NCBI GenBank assembly: GCA_000002435.2
Contig: CM018791.1
Reading direction: 5' to 3' (one strand)
DNA: 64,000 bases
From: Giardia intestinalis
Lineage: Eukaryota
The notes beneath the pieces were generated by a model, which saw only the letters and a list, made by a program, of their open reading frames with translations, made no database searches and was not told where the DNA came from. The position numbers were made by a program, and so were the translations under genes. Positions 50,649 to 61,430 of this stretch are shown piece after piece; within the stretch, counting starts at the first letter, position 1; each line of letters opens with the position of its first letter.

Positions 50649-52748
50649 CTACGCCTTCCCGCGGCAGAGGAACCACCAGCAGAGGAAGCCGACGAGACCC
50701 CCAACGACGACGATGACTGCGACGGAGATGCCGGCTATGGCGCCCATGCTGAGGCCACTCTTGTTCGTGCTTCCGCCAGTATTGTCGCCGGTATTATCAT
50801 CCGTTTCGAAACATATGAACTTGCCGTTAACAGGTGTCGCGCACTGCCTGCATCCAGCCAGCCCCTCGGAGCACCTCTTGCACAGCCCATTACTGCTACT
50901 CTCCTTGTAATATCCAGGAGCACATACCTTGCATGTAGTAGCACCGGCTTCGCAGGTGTAGCAACTTTCGTGGCATTTCGTGCAGGCACTGCCAACCTTC
51001 ACATATCCGTCCATACACCTAGAACAGTCCTTAGTGGTGGTGCACTCAGCGCACCCAGTGTAGCAAGCCACAAGGCTCTCGCCTGTCAGGCTAAATCCTT
51101 CTTTCGGAGTCTTGCAGGTGCCGCCTGTACTCTGCGCACTCAAGCACACTGTCGACCCCGGAAGCTGGCTGGTGGAGTAGCAGCCGCCGTTCATCTTGAA
51201 GAAGCCGTCTGCGCAGACATTGCACACGCCACCGGTAATGCTTCCATCTTTGCACTTATCTGTGCGACTGACTTTAACAGCACAGACACCGTTCTGGGGA
51301 TACTCGTTGTTTTGACTACAGACAGAGCAGTATTTTGTCCCCTCAACAGTCAGACCGCACTCCCTGCACTTACCTGTGCCTGTGCCCGCCGCGCACTCGG
51401 CCCCACATGTGCCAGTGTTTCCTGTGGATCCGTAGGTGAGCGCGCTTCCAGACTTACAGCTTGTGCAATCATTGGCAGTATTTCCGCTACATGTCTTACA
51501 GCTGGAATCGCAAGGGGAGCACGCTTCGCCGTAGAAGCCGTCCTTACAGAGACCGCACCCGCCATTTTCACTGCACGCGAGACAGTTGGCGACCTCGCAC
51601 TTCTTGCAGACCCTCTTGTTGCCCTCTGTGCTACTGTAGTAGCCTAGAATATATTCGCAGTGATCTATGCACTGGCTTGTTGGCGCCAGATACTTGTTGG
51701 ACAGACATTCGGTGCAGATCTCTTTGTTTGTTTGTGCACCACTGCATGCCTTACAATCCTGAGTATTGCATGGATTTGAAGGGGAATCATTTGGCACGCA
51801 TTGTGTTTCTTCTTCGTTAAGCTTAAATCCATCATTGCACGTGCAAGTATTCTCGGTCTTGGCTTCTGAGTTATCAGGGCAGCTACTAATGCACGACTTC
51901 TTTCCGAGTCCAAATACCATATTTGCCTTACACGCTGTGCAGGTAACGGAGGTGTCACTTTTGGTGCATGTTTTGCAGTTCTCAAACGTTCCTGCCGTGC
52001 ACGGCTTGCAACTCTTAGGCTCGGTATCATCTGGGTAGAGGGTAGAATCGGTGGAGCACTGATTTCCTTCTACACATATCCCCGTTAGACTACCGCTTTC
52101 CTTCTTTAAATACATCTTACCGGTAGCCTTGCACTTGCTGCACTTCTTTGTGGTTGTCGCCTCTGTACATGTAGCGCAGTTCTCGTCGCCGCAAGCTGTG
52201 CAGGTCGTAGTACCTGCGCCGAAATAGCCTTCATCACACGCGGTGCATGTAGCAGGGCCAGTATTGCTTGGAGGAGTACATGTTTTACATTGATCTACAC
52301 CTTGGTATTGATCTGCCCCCGTCGTGTCATTACAGGAGATGCACGATTGCTTATTAGCGGCTGCCACTGGACTCTTAAAGAATCCTTCCACACAATCCTT
52401 ACAAACCCCTATTACCTTATCGCTTGCCGCTCCCCCTACTGGATCGGCACAGATAAGCCCGCCCAATTCGCCAGCAAATTCATAACATCCGCCCTTGTAC
52501 ATGAAGTATCCATCGCCGCAAGAGCCACACTTTCCTTGAGCAGGGGAAGCGCATTTAGCAGCTGCTTGGTCAGTCCCTGCTGGTACACATTCTCCATCAA
52601 TAAGGTGGTCTGTTTCGGTTTTACACTGTGTGCAAACTTCCGTTTTGCCAATCATATCACACTCACCATCTTTACACTTACTTGCAGTTGGCCCACTGCA
52701 CGATGCTGCAAGAGCACTTATCAAAAGGCAGGGAGCTAGTAGCAACAT
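50649..52748 (-). CDS. Variant-specific surface protein (VSP), complete, ~699 aa from the ATG at 52748 (signal peptide MLLLAPCLLISALAASC). The track ORF extends artefactually to 52835.
   Basis: About 12% Cys with many CxxC and GGCY motifs, a C-terminal transmembrane segment, and the invariant tail GGLVGFLCWWFLCRGKA. Followed by TGACTTAGGTAGTAAAC 9 nt after the TAG stop. Confidence 0.9.
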   Translation of the reverse strand: MLLLAPCLLISALAASCSGPTASKCKDGECDMIGKTEVCTQCKTETDHLIDGECVPAGTDQAAAKCASPAQGKCGSCGDGYFMYKGGCYEFAGELGGLICADPVGGAASDKVIGVCKDCVEGFFKSPVAAANKQSCISCNDTTGADQYQGVDQCKTCTPPSNTGPATCTACDEGYFGAGTTTCTACGDENCATCTEATTTKKCSKCKATGKMYLKKESGSLTGICVEGNQCSTDSTLYPDDTEPKSCKPCTAGTFENCKTCTKSDTSVTCTACKANMVFGLGKKSCISSCPDNSEAKTENTCTCNDGFKLNEEETQCVPNDSPSNPCNTQDCKACSGAQTNKEICTECLSNKYLAPTSQCIDHCEYILGYYSSTEGNKRVCKKCEVANCLACSENGGCGLCKDGFYGEACSPCDSSCKTCSGNTANDCTSCKSGSALTYGSTGNTGTCGAECAAGTGTGKCRECGLTVEGTKYCSVCSQNNEYPQNGVCAVKVSRTDKCKDGSITGGVCNVCADGFFKMNGGCYSTSQLPGSTVCLSAQSTGGTCKTPKEGFSLTGESLVACYTGCAECTTTKDCSRCMDGYVKVGSACTKCHESCYTCEAGATTCKVCAPGYYKESSSNGLCKRCSEGLAGCRQCATPVNGKFICFETDDNTGDNTGGSTNKSGLSMGAIAGISVAVIVVVGGLVGFLCWWFLCRGKA

Positions 52749-55533
52749 TGTGGCTCTGCTCAGATTGTTAGGTACATGCGAATGGGGAACCATTCGTAAC
52801 CTGACCTCTAGCCATCCAATGCTAGAGCTTACCAATCCAGTAGCATAGCAATTACTTTAGGAATGCTGATCTATTTATAGAGTACATCACACAAAATAAC
52901 TATATGACGTTTACTTAGGTAGCCGATGCATCAGTTATCGTATCATTATAGATTTATAGGTTGCACCATAAAAGTTATGCGCAAACCTCCACATAGATGC
53001 CTAAGGCCACAAGTCGAAGACGAAAAGCAGAAGCTAAAAAGCAATTCCCCGTGACTCTTGACCCCCACTTCTGCACCGTCCCCATTCGATGCAGGACGCC
53101 TCATCATCCGGTCCTTCCAAGTCTCTATGCATGATCCGTGGCCTTGTGTTCCGCACTGTGCCTTGCATCCTGGTAGTCACCTCCACCGGGTCCTTGCCAG
53201 CGGGGCCGACGGTCTCACAGCGATCGCGTATGACAGAGCAGTCACCATCTGATGTGCGAGCCCTGTGATAGGCCGTGATGTTGGAAGGCGACATCGGTTA
53301 AAGAGGAGGCATGGCCACACATTACGAGCCACGATGACATGGCACATTGCATAGCATCGTGATATATGCGTGCATAACCGGTACACCAATAGGCATAGAA
53401 ACAGCACACCAGTGCCACCAGGTCATGATGACCACTCTACCCACCAGTTATTTTTAAGACTGTGCTACTGGAGCCTACCTACAGGCGTGGTCCAGAGACT
53501 TCAGAAGTAAGTCTCACCCAAGTCATGGTCAGTGTGGAGACAAGGGTTGATCGTTGATGGTATATTAAGGGAATTTCCCTCCATTTGTATATTAGAGTCT
53601 CTTGTATTCCTCGGTCGCTTCATGCGATGTGCGTGTCCAGGGGTGCTCGTGTGTCTGTCCAGGGTTCAGACCTTTGCAAGGACACACGTTGTCCATTAGT
53701 ATGCCTCGCTTTTTAATCTGCCGTCTGGTGAACGAGCCTGGGTTGTCACTTCTTTTTCAATAGAAGTCTCCTCTGTCGCGACGGCTGCTATCGAGGTCTG
53801 GCTTTACTGGCTGGGGTCGTCTCTCGGTGACCGTCCAGCCGTGGTCCCGGAGGCCGGCGTTCCCTCCTGTTCGTAGTCCCCCAGGTCAGTGGGTCCAGTC
53901 GACAGTTAGAAGCAGGCCGGCAGGAGGAGTTGCCGGGTGGACGCCACAAGGTAGTGAAGGCCAGACAGAGCGCTCCCGGCGTCGCTGGGCCCCTTGAACT
54001 TAATTTACTCTCCACTTCACCGGGGTGGGGTTGTCCCCTGCTACCTGAGCGACCTCCCATGCGAGCTACTACCGCCCTGGACAGGTGGATCTCCCGCTTA
54101 CTCCCAAACAGAGTCCAGAACCCAAAATCCAAACCTAGAATCCGGTGCCGTAATTCCGGCGGAAAAAGACGCCCTAACGTCCAGCCTTCATCAAACAACA
54201 GACCCGCGGCTGCTCCCATGAAAGCGCCACCGAGGAAACCTCACAGAACCCTGAAGCGAAAAGCCAAGAAGGCACCCAGCAGCGTGAACGAAAGGGCGTG
54301 GAGACGAAAGCAGGGAAGCTCCGCACCTCCCTCCACCGAACCTCCCTGTCATGGAGAGCGGTGCATGGTGGCAGGCCCTCAATGGTCCCAACGGGGTCAA
54401 TCACTGACTACACGAACTGGCTCAAGGATGCTGGAGTTCACTCAAGGTGCTGCGCCTTCGGATCTCTCCTACGCGATCTGCAGCACGAGGAGCCGCCACA
54501 CCTTCTTCATATCACCGGAGGGCCTCGAGCGGCACGTCTGGGGAACTCTCTCCCGTCCGGGCACCTCCTGCAGCCTTGTGACAAGCAGACAGTGCCAGCC
54601 CACGCACCAGGCCCCGGCGCTCGAGCGCAGTGTCCTACGCGGGCCCTCGCCGTTGCCTGCCGTGATGCCCCGGACCAGTGGGTGCCGCTGAGGCCTGTCT
54701 GCAGGTATGGTCCAGAGGTCTCACGGGTAAACTCTTGCTCAATTCCCAGCCAGTCCGGAGATGAGGGTTGGCCGCGGGTTGCAACGATAACCACAGCGGG
54801 GGCAAAGAGGGGTTCCCTCCACGTGTGGATCTGGGGTCTGTGCGTTCCACGGCTGTTCTACGGGCGTGAGCACAGCTGGACCTGAGGCGAAGGAGAGCCC
54901 GCGAGGACCAGATCTGCACTACGAATGCAAAATCGTACCTCAGGGACACCCAGAGAGCAAGCCGTGAGTCTCTACTTGGGAGACCACTCCGAAGACATTT
55001 ACTCTCTCAGCAGGACACACACGCTGGCTCTGTGGCCTACCGTGCGAGAGCGCCAAGCAACTGACCGAGCACCTGAGAGAAGCAAACGATGACAGACACA
55101 GAATGCTAGGCGACGACAAACTGATCATTCCATCCCATATACCGAACCAGACAGAGCTTGCCATGCTCATCCACCAGGGTGCGCGCATGATCGCGAGCAT
55201 CGAGCAGGCCGGGACTGGGGTCGCGCTCCTCGTTAACAAGGGCCTGAACACCCTGGTAGGAGGCCCGGAGCAAGCAGCACAGCATAGCAGACCCAGAAGG
55301 AGACACCGCTCCAAATAGGGTGAACAACGCGCTGAGCTTCGGAGCAGTTGCCAAGGCCCTCCGCGCCCTTGATGAGACACCCGTGCGTCCTCCCAAAGGC
55401 CACGTTGGCCTTGACTGCCCTCCATCGATGAGCTCGACGGGGCTGGAGTGGCAACCGAAGAAGAAATGAGGAAGGTCCTGTTTGGAACCCTCAACAAGGC
55501 CTGTCTGGTCTCGGGCCGGTCCAGCTCAAAGCG

Positions 55534-56061
55534 ATGAAGCAGAACGATAGCTTCGTGAAGTACCTCACGCAGGCGTACAACGAGCTGACCACCCACCCCG
55601 AGGCGATGCCCGAGGTGACGGCCATGTTCGAGTTCCGGGCGATCCTCATCCCGAAGGAGTCCGACGGATACCGTCCGATCGCGATAGGCAAGACGGTGAC
55701 AAACATCTTCCACCGCGTCCTGCTGAAGCGGCTGATCAAGCATGCCAACTACCTCTCGTGCGAACAGATCGCCTTCATGCAGAACGCATACGCGGTAGGC
55801 GTGAGGAGGGCCCACGAGCTCATCAGCAGGCCGGGGATGCACGCCGTCTCCCTCGACACAAAGAAGGCCTTCAACTCGCTCCCAAGGGCGGAGGTCGTCA
55901 GAGCCCTGAACGAGGCGGGCGTCCCGAAGGTCCTGGTCGACTACATCAGGAACTTCCTCGACCTGAGGCACAGCCGGGACGTGAAGTGCGAGGTCTGCGG
56001 CGTCCCCCAGGGCGACCCGCTCAGCATGTTCCTCTTCTGCATGGCTACCGAGCGCCTCTGA
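55534..56061 (+). pseudogene. Reverse-transcriptase fragment of the plus-orientation retroelement copy.
   Basis: Identical 175-aa ORF to 44947..45474. Upstream motif-0-like sequence (GLGPVQLKAMKQ) is in a different frame from the preceding EEMRKVLFGTLNKACL, showing a frameshift. Confidence 0.7.
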
Positions 56062-56542
56062 GACGCCTCAGGGAGAGGGGCATCACCTTCCTTGCCTAGC
56101 GGACGACATCGTGACGCTCCACGACGAGGCCTACCCGGCAGGCGCGATAACACAGCAGACCATGGGCCTGACGATCAGGAGCGACAAATGCAAGTCCACC
56201 ATGGCGGGCGAGGAGGTGACCTTCCTCAACCACCCGGTGTCCCCCACCCCTGCCAGTCCCGCGCCGAAGGCCATCGCAGGTGCTGAGACTGCCCCCATAA
56301 CCACCCACCAGAAGCTCATCCTGGTGTCACTCTGTGTGGTCCCGATGGTGAACTACGCCCCCCTGGTCGAAGTAACATCGGACAAGGCGGACTACGAGGA
56401 GCTCGACAGACATCGCACAAGGCTTCAGCAAAATAACTAACAGAAGCTGCGATCGCCTGGTCGACTTCCTGGCGTACCCGAAGGAGAAGGGCGGCCCGGG
56501 CCTGCTCATGCCGGGGCTCTGCCACGACGAGCTGCGGAGGGT

Positions 56543-57367
56543 ATGGGCCTCCCCGGACGTCAACAAGGGAGCCAGAGACCCGGTGGAGCTGTCGGTGGAA
56601 GGCCAGGCACTGCAGGGGAAGGGACCTACTTCAACCGCCTCCTCACGCATACACCAGCTTCCGGACAGAGCGGCGGCGTGCTGACCGAGGAGGAAAGGGC
56701 CCTGAAGGAGAGAGATGGCTCGATCATGGCGCAGACAAGAGGCACCTGCCCGGGCTGCCACACGGCAGACCCTCGACCACGACATGAACTGCCCGAAAAC
56801 GGCGTGGACCAGGACCACGAGGCACAACATGATCGTCGCGTGCCTGTACCTCCGCGTCTCAGGGAAGTTCAACCGGAGCTGGAAGTCAAGACCCACAGCC
56901 ACCTCAGCGACCAGAACCAGAAGCCCGACATCTGGCTCGTCGACAAGTGCAAGGCGATAGATGTGGGCGTCATCCAGCCCCGCCAGATGGATGCCTACTA
57001 CAACGAGAAGGTCAAGAAGTACAGGGACGAGACAGACGGATCCCTCCACCCCAAGTCCAAGAGGCACCTCGAGGAGCTCTACGTGGACGTCGAGAAGCTC
57101 TCTGTCCGGGCTGCCTTCGCCATCGCCCACATGGCTGCAGAGGCGAACGAGCACCCGACGAAGCTGATCAGACGGGCCGGGCCGAAAGCCTGGTCACCCA
57201 GAGCGACCGCCTCCTGTCATCCTACTTCTGACAACCGAATGAGCCCATCCCCGGGACCCGACGACAACGATCGAGAAGGGGCCCAAGACTGGACACGCAG
57301 TCGAGTGGAATCCCAACCAGGAGAGAACGCCCCGTTAGCTGCTGCTGATCTGTATGGACAGTATTGA
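56543..57367 (+). pseudogene. Zinc-finger (CCHC) and restriction-like endonuclease region of the retroelement, frameshifted.
   Basis: CPGCH...(frame switch)...LDHDMNCPKTAWTRTTRHNMIVACLYLRVSGKFN...(frame switch)...KPDIWLVDKCKAIDVGVIQP. Compare R2Bm C..C...H...C / ARHNCVVNRI / KPDLVALRQNHIDVIDVQV. Confidence 0.65.
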
Positions 57368-59188
57368 GAATGACAACAAAGACCTGAGCTTCACTCACCG
57401 TGAAGGGAGAACAAGAAGAGGCACCCTAGTAGACCAGCGAGCCTGCAGGACGGCTTGATCTCCAAAAGGACCTATGTGCACACCTAGACCGAGCACACAC
57501 CCGCAGAACAGCCGAGGAATGCAGACAGCTCCTCCCTACCACCACTGTGGTCTTTATATTGATACACGACCAACCCTCGTCTCCGGACATCGCCAAAAAT
57601 TGAGCGGGAATTTACTCGCGAGATTTGCGGACAGCGCCCGCAGGCGAGGGCCCCGGCAGCTCGTTGCAGGCGGTGACAGAAGGGTCTCTCTGGCCAGTTG
57701 GGCAAGCATCATCCTATGCTTGCCACGGCCGCTGGGAATGCCGGTGTCACGTGTGTAGCTCGTAGGGTGAGCTCTTTTCGGAGCGCCCAATCTCCTTTTT
57801 ATCCGTGAAGGCGAGACCTGCTCACAACAGACCAATGACGACAGATAGATGGCTCCATATTGTTCACTCAGGCTGTCTACCCCAAGCAGTAGGGCCGTTC
57901 TCCTTCGTGAGGCAGAGGAGGCCATGTACCCACAAAGATACCCTTAAGTGAAGTGGCTTGGATGTGATATGTGTTTTCGGAGACTCTAGTGTACACAGTT
58001 GCTCATCCTCCGACACTGAGCCGGTCCGCAAGCCGCTGGCCACGCTGGAGTGCCCCGAAGCAGCCCAGGAGAGTGCGTGTGCTGATAGCTTGTCCGCCAG
58101 ACCCTCCTAGCAGCAGAGCGCCGTCGTGGCAGGAGAGCCTGCCCCTTGCATCGGCCGATCGGTTGCTGAGACCCCTGGTGCTCTGTCTGGAGCGGAGACT
58201 GTCCATGAGGGCCCTGTACGCTGCTCCCCTGCACCGACTGGCACAGCAGGGGGACCGGATGCCGAGGGACACCTCCAGCGTCTCGGGTCTCTACAGGACA
58301 GGACACACGGCAGGGACATCTGCATGCGGGCCAGAAGTCCTGCTCGGCCCCGTCCCTCGGCTGACGCCTTGGCCCCTCGGGAGCCCTGTCAGCACCACCG
58401 GAGGCAAGGACTCTCCAGGAGCGCTGCACCGGGCCCGCATGGAGTGGATGGCCCCACAGCCACTGCACGGGCCTCTCGGGCAGGGGGTCTCTTGCCGTGG
58501 CGGGGCTTCAGGCATGCCATCGGGACTGTCCGACGGTCACCGGTTGGGCCCTGTGTGACAGCAACAGACGAGAAGACTGTCCCACAACGAAATATCCCTC
58601 GCTGGAGGACTGTCAGCAGGGCAGGGGAAGCTGTGGCCCACTGGGGGAGTGAACGATCTCAGTGGGTCCAGGCGCACTGCACTGCGGGCCCCGTCGGGCC
58701 GGTCTCTGACGGGCGCCGCGATCACTCTGCCCGGTCTGGCAGATCACGAGGGGTCTGAGGCCGGCCTATTGGGAGGAGGACCAGGGCCCTCGCTGATGGT
58801 CGAGCAGAGTCACCACAGGGGGGCACGAGCTCGAGTGAATGAGGGCCCTCTTAGCAGCGCGCATGTCAACCGAGCGAGGAGAATGACATGGCAGTCACCA
58901 AGGAGCCATGACTTCTGAGCCTTCTGGGCTCTGCGCCGGGCCGGACATCAGCACAGCCCGCCTGCCGGTAGCACTGCCGCGGGGGTCTCCGTCGTGTGAG
59001 TGCCTGGGGTGAGCCGCTTGGGCACGGAGACGGGCTGTGCGGCGCCCAAGAGTGGAAGACCACCGCGCTCTGGTGCTGTGGGCCGAGTCGAGACAGGGGC
59101 CTCCAAGGCAGGGGTGGAACAGCGCTCCCCCCGTGTGCCGTGCTGGGTGGCCACAGACGGGGCAGGGGCCACCGCAGAGGACCCTCTA

Positions 59189-61351
59189 ATGTTCCAACTG
59201 ATACCCCTGTTCGTAGCGAGCGCGCTCATGGCGGCCTGCCAGCAAGACGGGAACCACCTGACCACCTGCGCACACGAAAAGTGCGAGACGGTCGGTAGCA
59301 CAGAGATCTGCACCCAGTGCAAGGCCGGAGGCGTCCCGGTCGACGGTTTCTGCCGGCCCTTCGGCTCCCCCCAGGCCGCGGCAGCCGGGTGCACCAAAGC
59401 AGACGGGGCTGCCCTCGACAAGACGGCAACCACCTGCGAGAAGTGCGGCGACGGGTACTTCCTCTTCATGGGCGGGTGCTACAAGACAACCGACGGGCCC
59501 GGCAGCGAGATATGCACAGCAGCCAGTAATGGAGTATGCACTACTTGTAAGGCAGATAACGGCCTGTTCAAGAACCCAGTTACACCTCAGAAGCCTGGTA
59601 GCGAGTGCATCTTGTGCTCCGATACTATAGATAGAAACGGGGTCATGGGAGTCGCTGGATGCTCAGAATGCTCCCACACGGGCACTAGCGGACCGGCCAC
59701 GTGTACAGAGTGTCAAGCAGGGTTCGTTACGAAGGACAGTGCATGTGTGAAGTGCGGAGACGGCTGCTCTGCTTGCTCAGCTGATACTCCGACTCAGTGT
59801 ACCGCCTGCGTTGAGGGGAAGTTCCTGAAGGATGGTAACACTTGTGTAGAGGCTACTGAATGTGGTGCTGATAAGTACGCAGACAAGAAGACCTGGACCT
59901 GCAAGGCATGTGATCCCGACATAGCTGGGTGCACCGCATGTGAATATAATGATGCCACGGGGAAGCCAAGGTGCACCAACTGCGGGACCAATAAGACCCC
60001 CAGGACGACCCTTGATGGGACCTCGACCTGTGTGACAAAAGACTACGCTGGATGTAAAGGCGCTGACGGGGCCCTATTTATGAAGGAGGACAAAACATGT
60101 GTTTTATGCAGTACCGTTTCAGCTGGAGCCGATCCAAATGACCAGGGCATTGCCGGGTGTAAGAAGTGTACCAAGGACTCGGCGACACCGCCAACCTGCT
60201 CGGAGTGCCTCGACGGATATTACAATAGCGCAACTGGTGGTAGTGGTACGGCTACATGTGAAGCTTGTGGTGATAATTGTGCCACCTGTGCTAAGGATAC
60301 AAAAGACCAATGCATGACCTGTAAGCCCGGGTTCTTCATGAAAGGTAGTGGTCCTGGCACATGCGTCCCCTGTGATGACCAAACAGATGGAGTGCCTGGC
60401 TGTGCAACGTGCACCTTCTCTAGCTCGTTGACCTGCAACTCCTGTAAGCCCAACTACAAGCAGAGTGGTACCGGTCCTTTTACATGCACCAAGACTTGTG
60501 AAGACCCCACTGCCTGCGGGGGCACTTCTGGTGCCTGCGATGCCATGATAATTGATGATCAGGGCACCACAAAGCACTACTGTTCCTACTGTGGAGAGAC
60601 CAATAAGATACCAATTGATGGGAAGTGTGTTGATAGTGGTAGTATAAATGGTAATACTTGTGCTAAAGGTGTATGTACACAGTGTGCTCAAGGATACTTC
60701 TTATACATGGGAGGCTGTTATAAGGTAGCAAGTCCACCCGGTAACCTCATGTGCACTGAAGCAACAACAGCTGGTGTCTGTGATACACCCAATGCCAATA
60801 ATAAGTACTTCGTAGTCCCAGAAGCAAAGCCTACTCAACAGTCTGTGTTGGCTTGTGGTAACCCCCTGGGCACACTAGTAGGCACTGATAGTACCGCTAA
60901 GGCATATGTGGGGGTGGATGGCTGCTCCCAGTGTACAGCCCCAACAGCTCCATCTGAGGGTGGCATGACTGCCGCCACGTGCACAGCGTGTACCAACAAC
61001 AACAAGCCCAACCTGGCTGGGAGCGGGTGCTTCCCATGTACCGTTAGTGGATGCTCGCACTGCAACAGGGATGACATGTGCGAGGCATGCAGTAGTGGTA
61101 AGAAGGTGAGCCCTGGAAGGAAGTCATGCGTGGATAGCTGCCCCAGCAACTCCACTGATGATAACTCTGTCTGTGTGTGCAACGATGGATATAGCCCTGA
61201 CAGCAGTGGGACCTCCTGTGTGTCCTCTGGCGCCAACAGGAGCGGCCTCAGCACAGGGGCCATCGCGGGGATCGCCGTCGCCGTGGTCGTCGTTGTGGGG
61301 GGCCTCGTGGGCTTCCTCTGCTGGTGGTTCATATGTAGAGGGAAGGCGTGA
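59189..61351 (+). CDS. Variant-specific surface protein (VSP), complete, 720 aa from the ATG at 59189 (signal peptide MFQLIPLFVASALMAAC). The track ORF starts at a GTG at 59000.
   Basis: CxxC-rich with GGCY motifs, a transmembrane segment and the tail GGLVGFLCWWFICRGKA. The stop TGA is part of TGACTTAGGTAGTGAAT. Confidence 0.9.
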   Translation: MFQLIPLFVASALMAACQQDGNHLTTCAHEKCETVGSTEICTQCKAGGVPVDGFCRPFGSPQAAAAGCTKADGAALDKTATTCEKCGDGYFLFMGGCYKTTDGPGSEICTAASNGVCTTCKADNGLFKNPVTPQKPGSECILCSDTIDRNGVMGVAGCSECSHTGTSGPATCTECQAGFVTKDSACVKCGDGCSACSADTPTQCTACVEGKFLKDGNTCVEATECGADKYADKKTWTCKACDPDIAGCTACEYNDATGKPRCTNCGTNKTPRTTLDGTSTCVTKDYAGCKGADGALFMKEDKTCVLCSTVSAGADPNDQGIAGCKKCTKDSATPPTCSECLDGYYNSATGGSGTATCEACGDNCATCAKDTKDQCMTCKPGFFMKGSGPGTCVPCDDQTDGVPGCATCTFSSSLTCNSCKPNYKQSGTGPFTCTKTCEDPTACGGTSGACDAMIIDDQGTTKHYCSYCGETNKIPIDGKCVDSGSINGNTCAKGVCTQCAQGYFLYMGGCYKVASPPGNLMCTEATTAGVCDTPNANNKYFVVPEAKPTQQSVLACGNPLGTLVGTDSTAKAYVGVDGCSQCTAPTAPSEGGMTAATCTACTNNNKPNLAGSGCFPCTVSGCSHCNRDDMCEACSSGKKVSPGRKSCVDSCPSNSTDDNSVCVCNDGYSPDSSGTSCVSSGANRSGLSTGAIAGIAVAVVVVVGGLVGFLCWWFICRGKA

Positions 61352-61365
61352 CTTAGGTAGTGAAT
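61352..61365 (+). terminator. VSP 3' conserved element and poly(A) signal CTTAGGTAGTGAAT.
   Basis: Immediately follows the TGA of the VSP. AGTGAAT fits the AGTRAAY consensus. Confidence 0.6.
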
Positions 61366-61374
61366 GCTGTACAG

Positions 61375-61430
61375 TGATAGTGATAGTGATAGTGCTATGT
61401 GGTGTGTGGGGTGATAGTGGTGGTGTGGGA
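61375..61430 (+). repeat. GTGATAG-type short repeat tract, (GTGATA)3 then degenerate GTGRTRG units, forming the junction between the complete VSP and the first truncated VSP copy.
   Basis: cagtgatagtgatagtgatagtgctatgtggtgtgtggggtgatagtggtggtgtggg seen directly. Confidence 0.8.

Larger units (their letters stand above)
54678..57660 (+). mobile_element. Second degenerate copy of the same RLE-clade non-LTR retrotransposon, plus orientation, inverted relative to the copy at 43.4-46.3 kb. Coordinates are the shared core; the copy may extend upstream to ~53.0 kb and downstream to ~58.9 kb as GC-rich ORF-poor sequence.
   Basis: ORFs 54940..55971 (antisense), 55534..56061 and 56111..56440 are identical in translation to 45037..46068, 44947..45474 and 44568..44897. 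Carries RT motifs and the CCHC/RHN/KPDIWLVDK..IDVGV endonuclease signature in three different frames (frameshifted). Differs from the first copy by indels of roughly 57 bp and 69 bp. Confidence 0.75.

Noticed and set aside
52900-52925. Plus-strand 9-mer CTTAGGTAG (ttacttaggtagccg), matching the core of the VSP 3' motif, ~150 bp upstream of the minus-strand VSP start.
   Set aside because: A single 9-mer is expected by chance about once every two windows of this size. No adjacent CRGKA coding remnant or AGTRAAY was found, so it is not called as a relic VSP 3' end.
53930-54691. 253-aa basic ORF upstream of the second retroelement copy, and the overlapping 143-aa minus-strand ORF at 53788..54219.
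   Set aside because: Overlapping, frame-incoherent ORFs in GC-rich DNA. No initiator context and no motifs. More likely decayed element or noncoding sequence than a gene.
61375-61430. Short direct repeats (GTGATAG)n, which on paper resemble a minimal repeat array.
   Set aside because: Not CRISPR. The genome is eukaryotic, the units are 6-7 bp with no spacers, and they sit at VSP duplication junctions. Annotated as microsatellite-like junction repeats instead.
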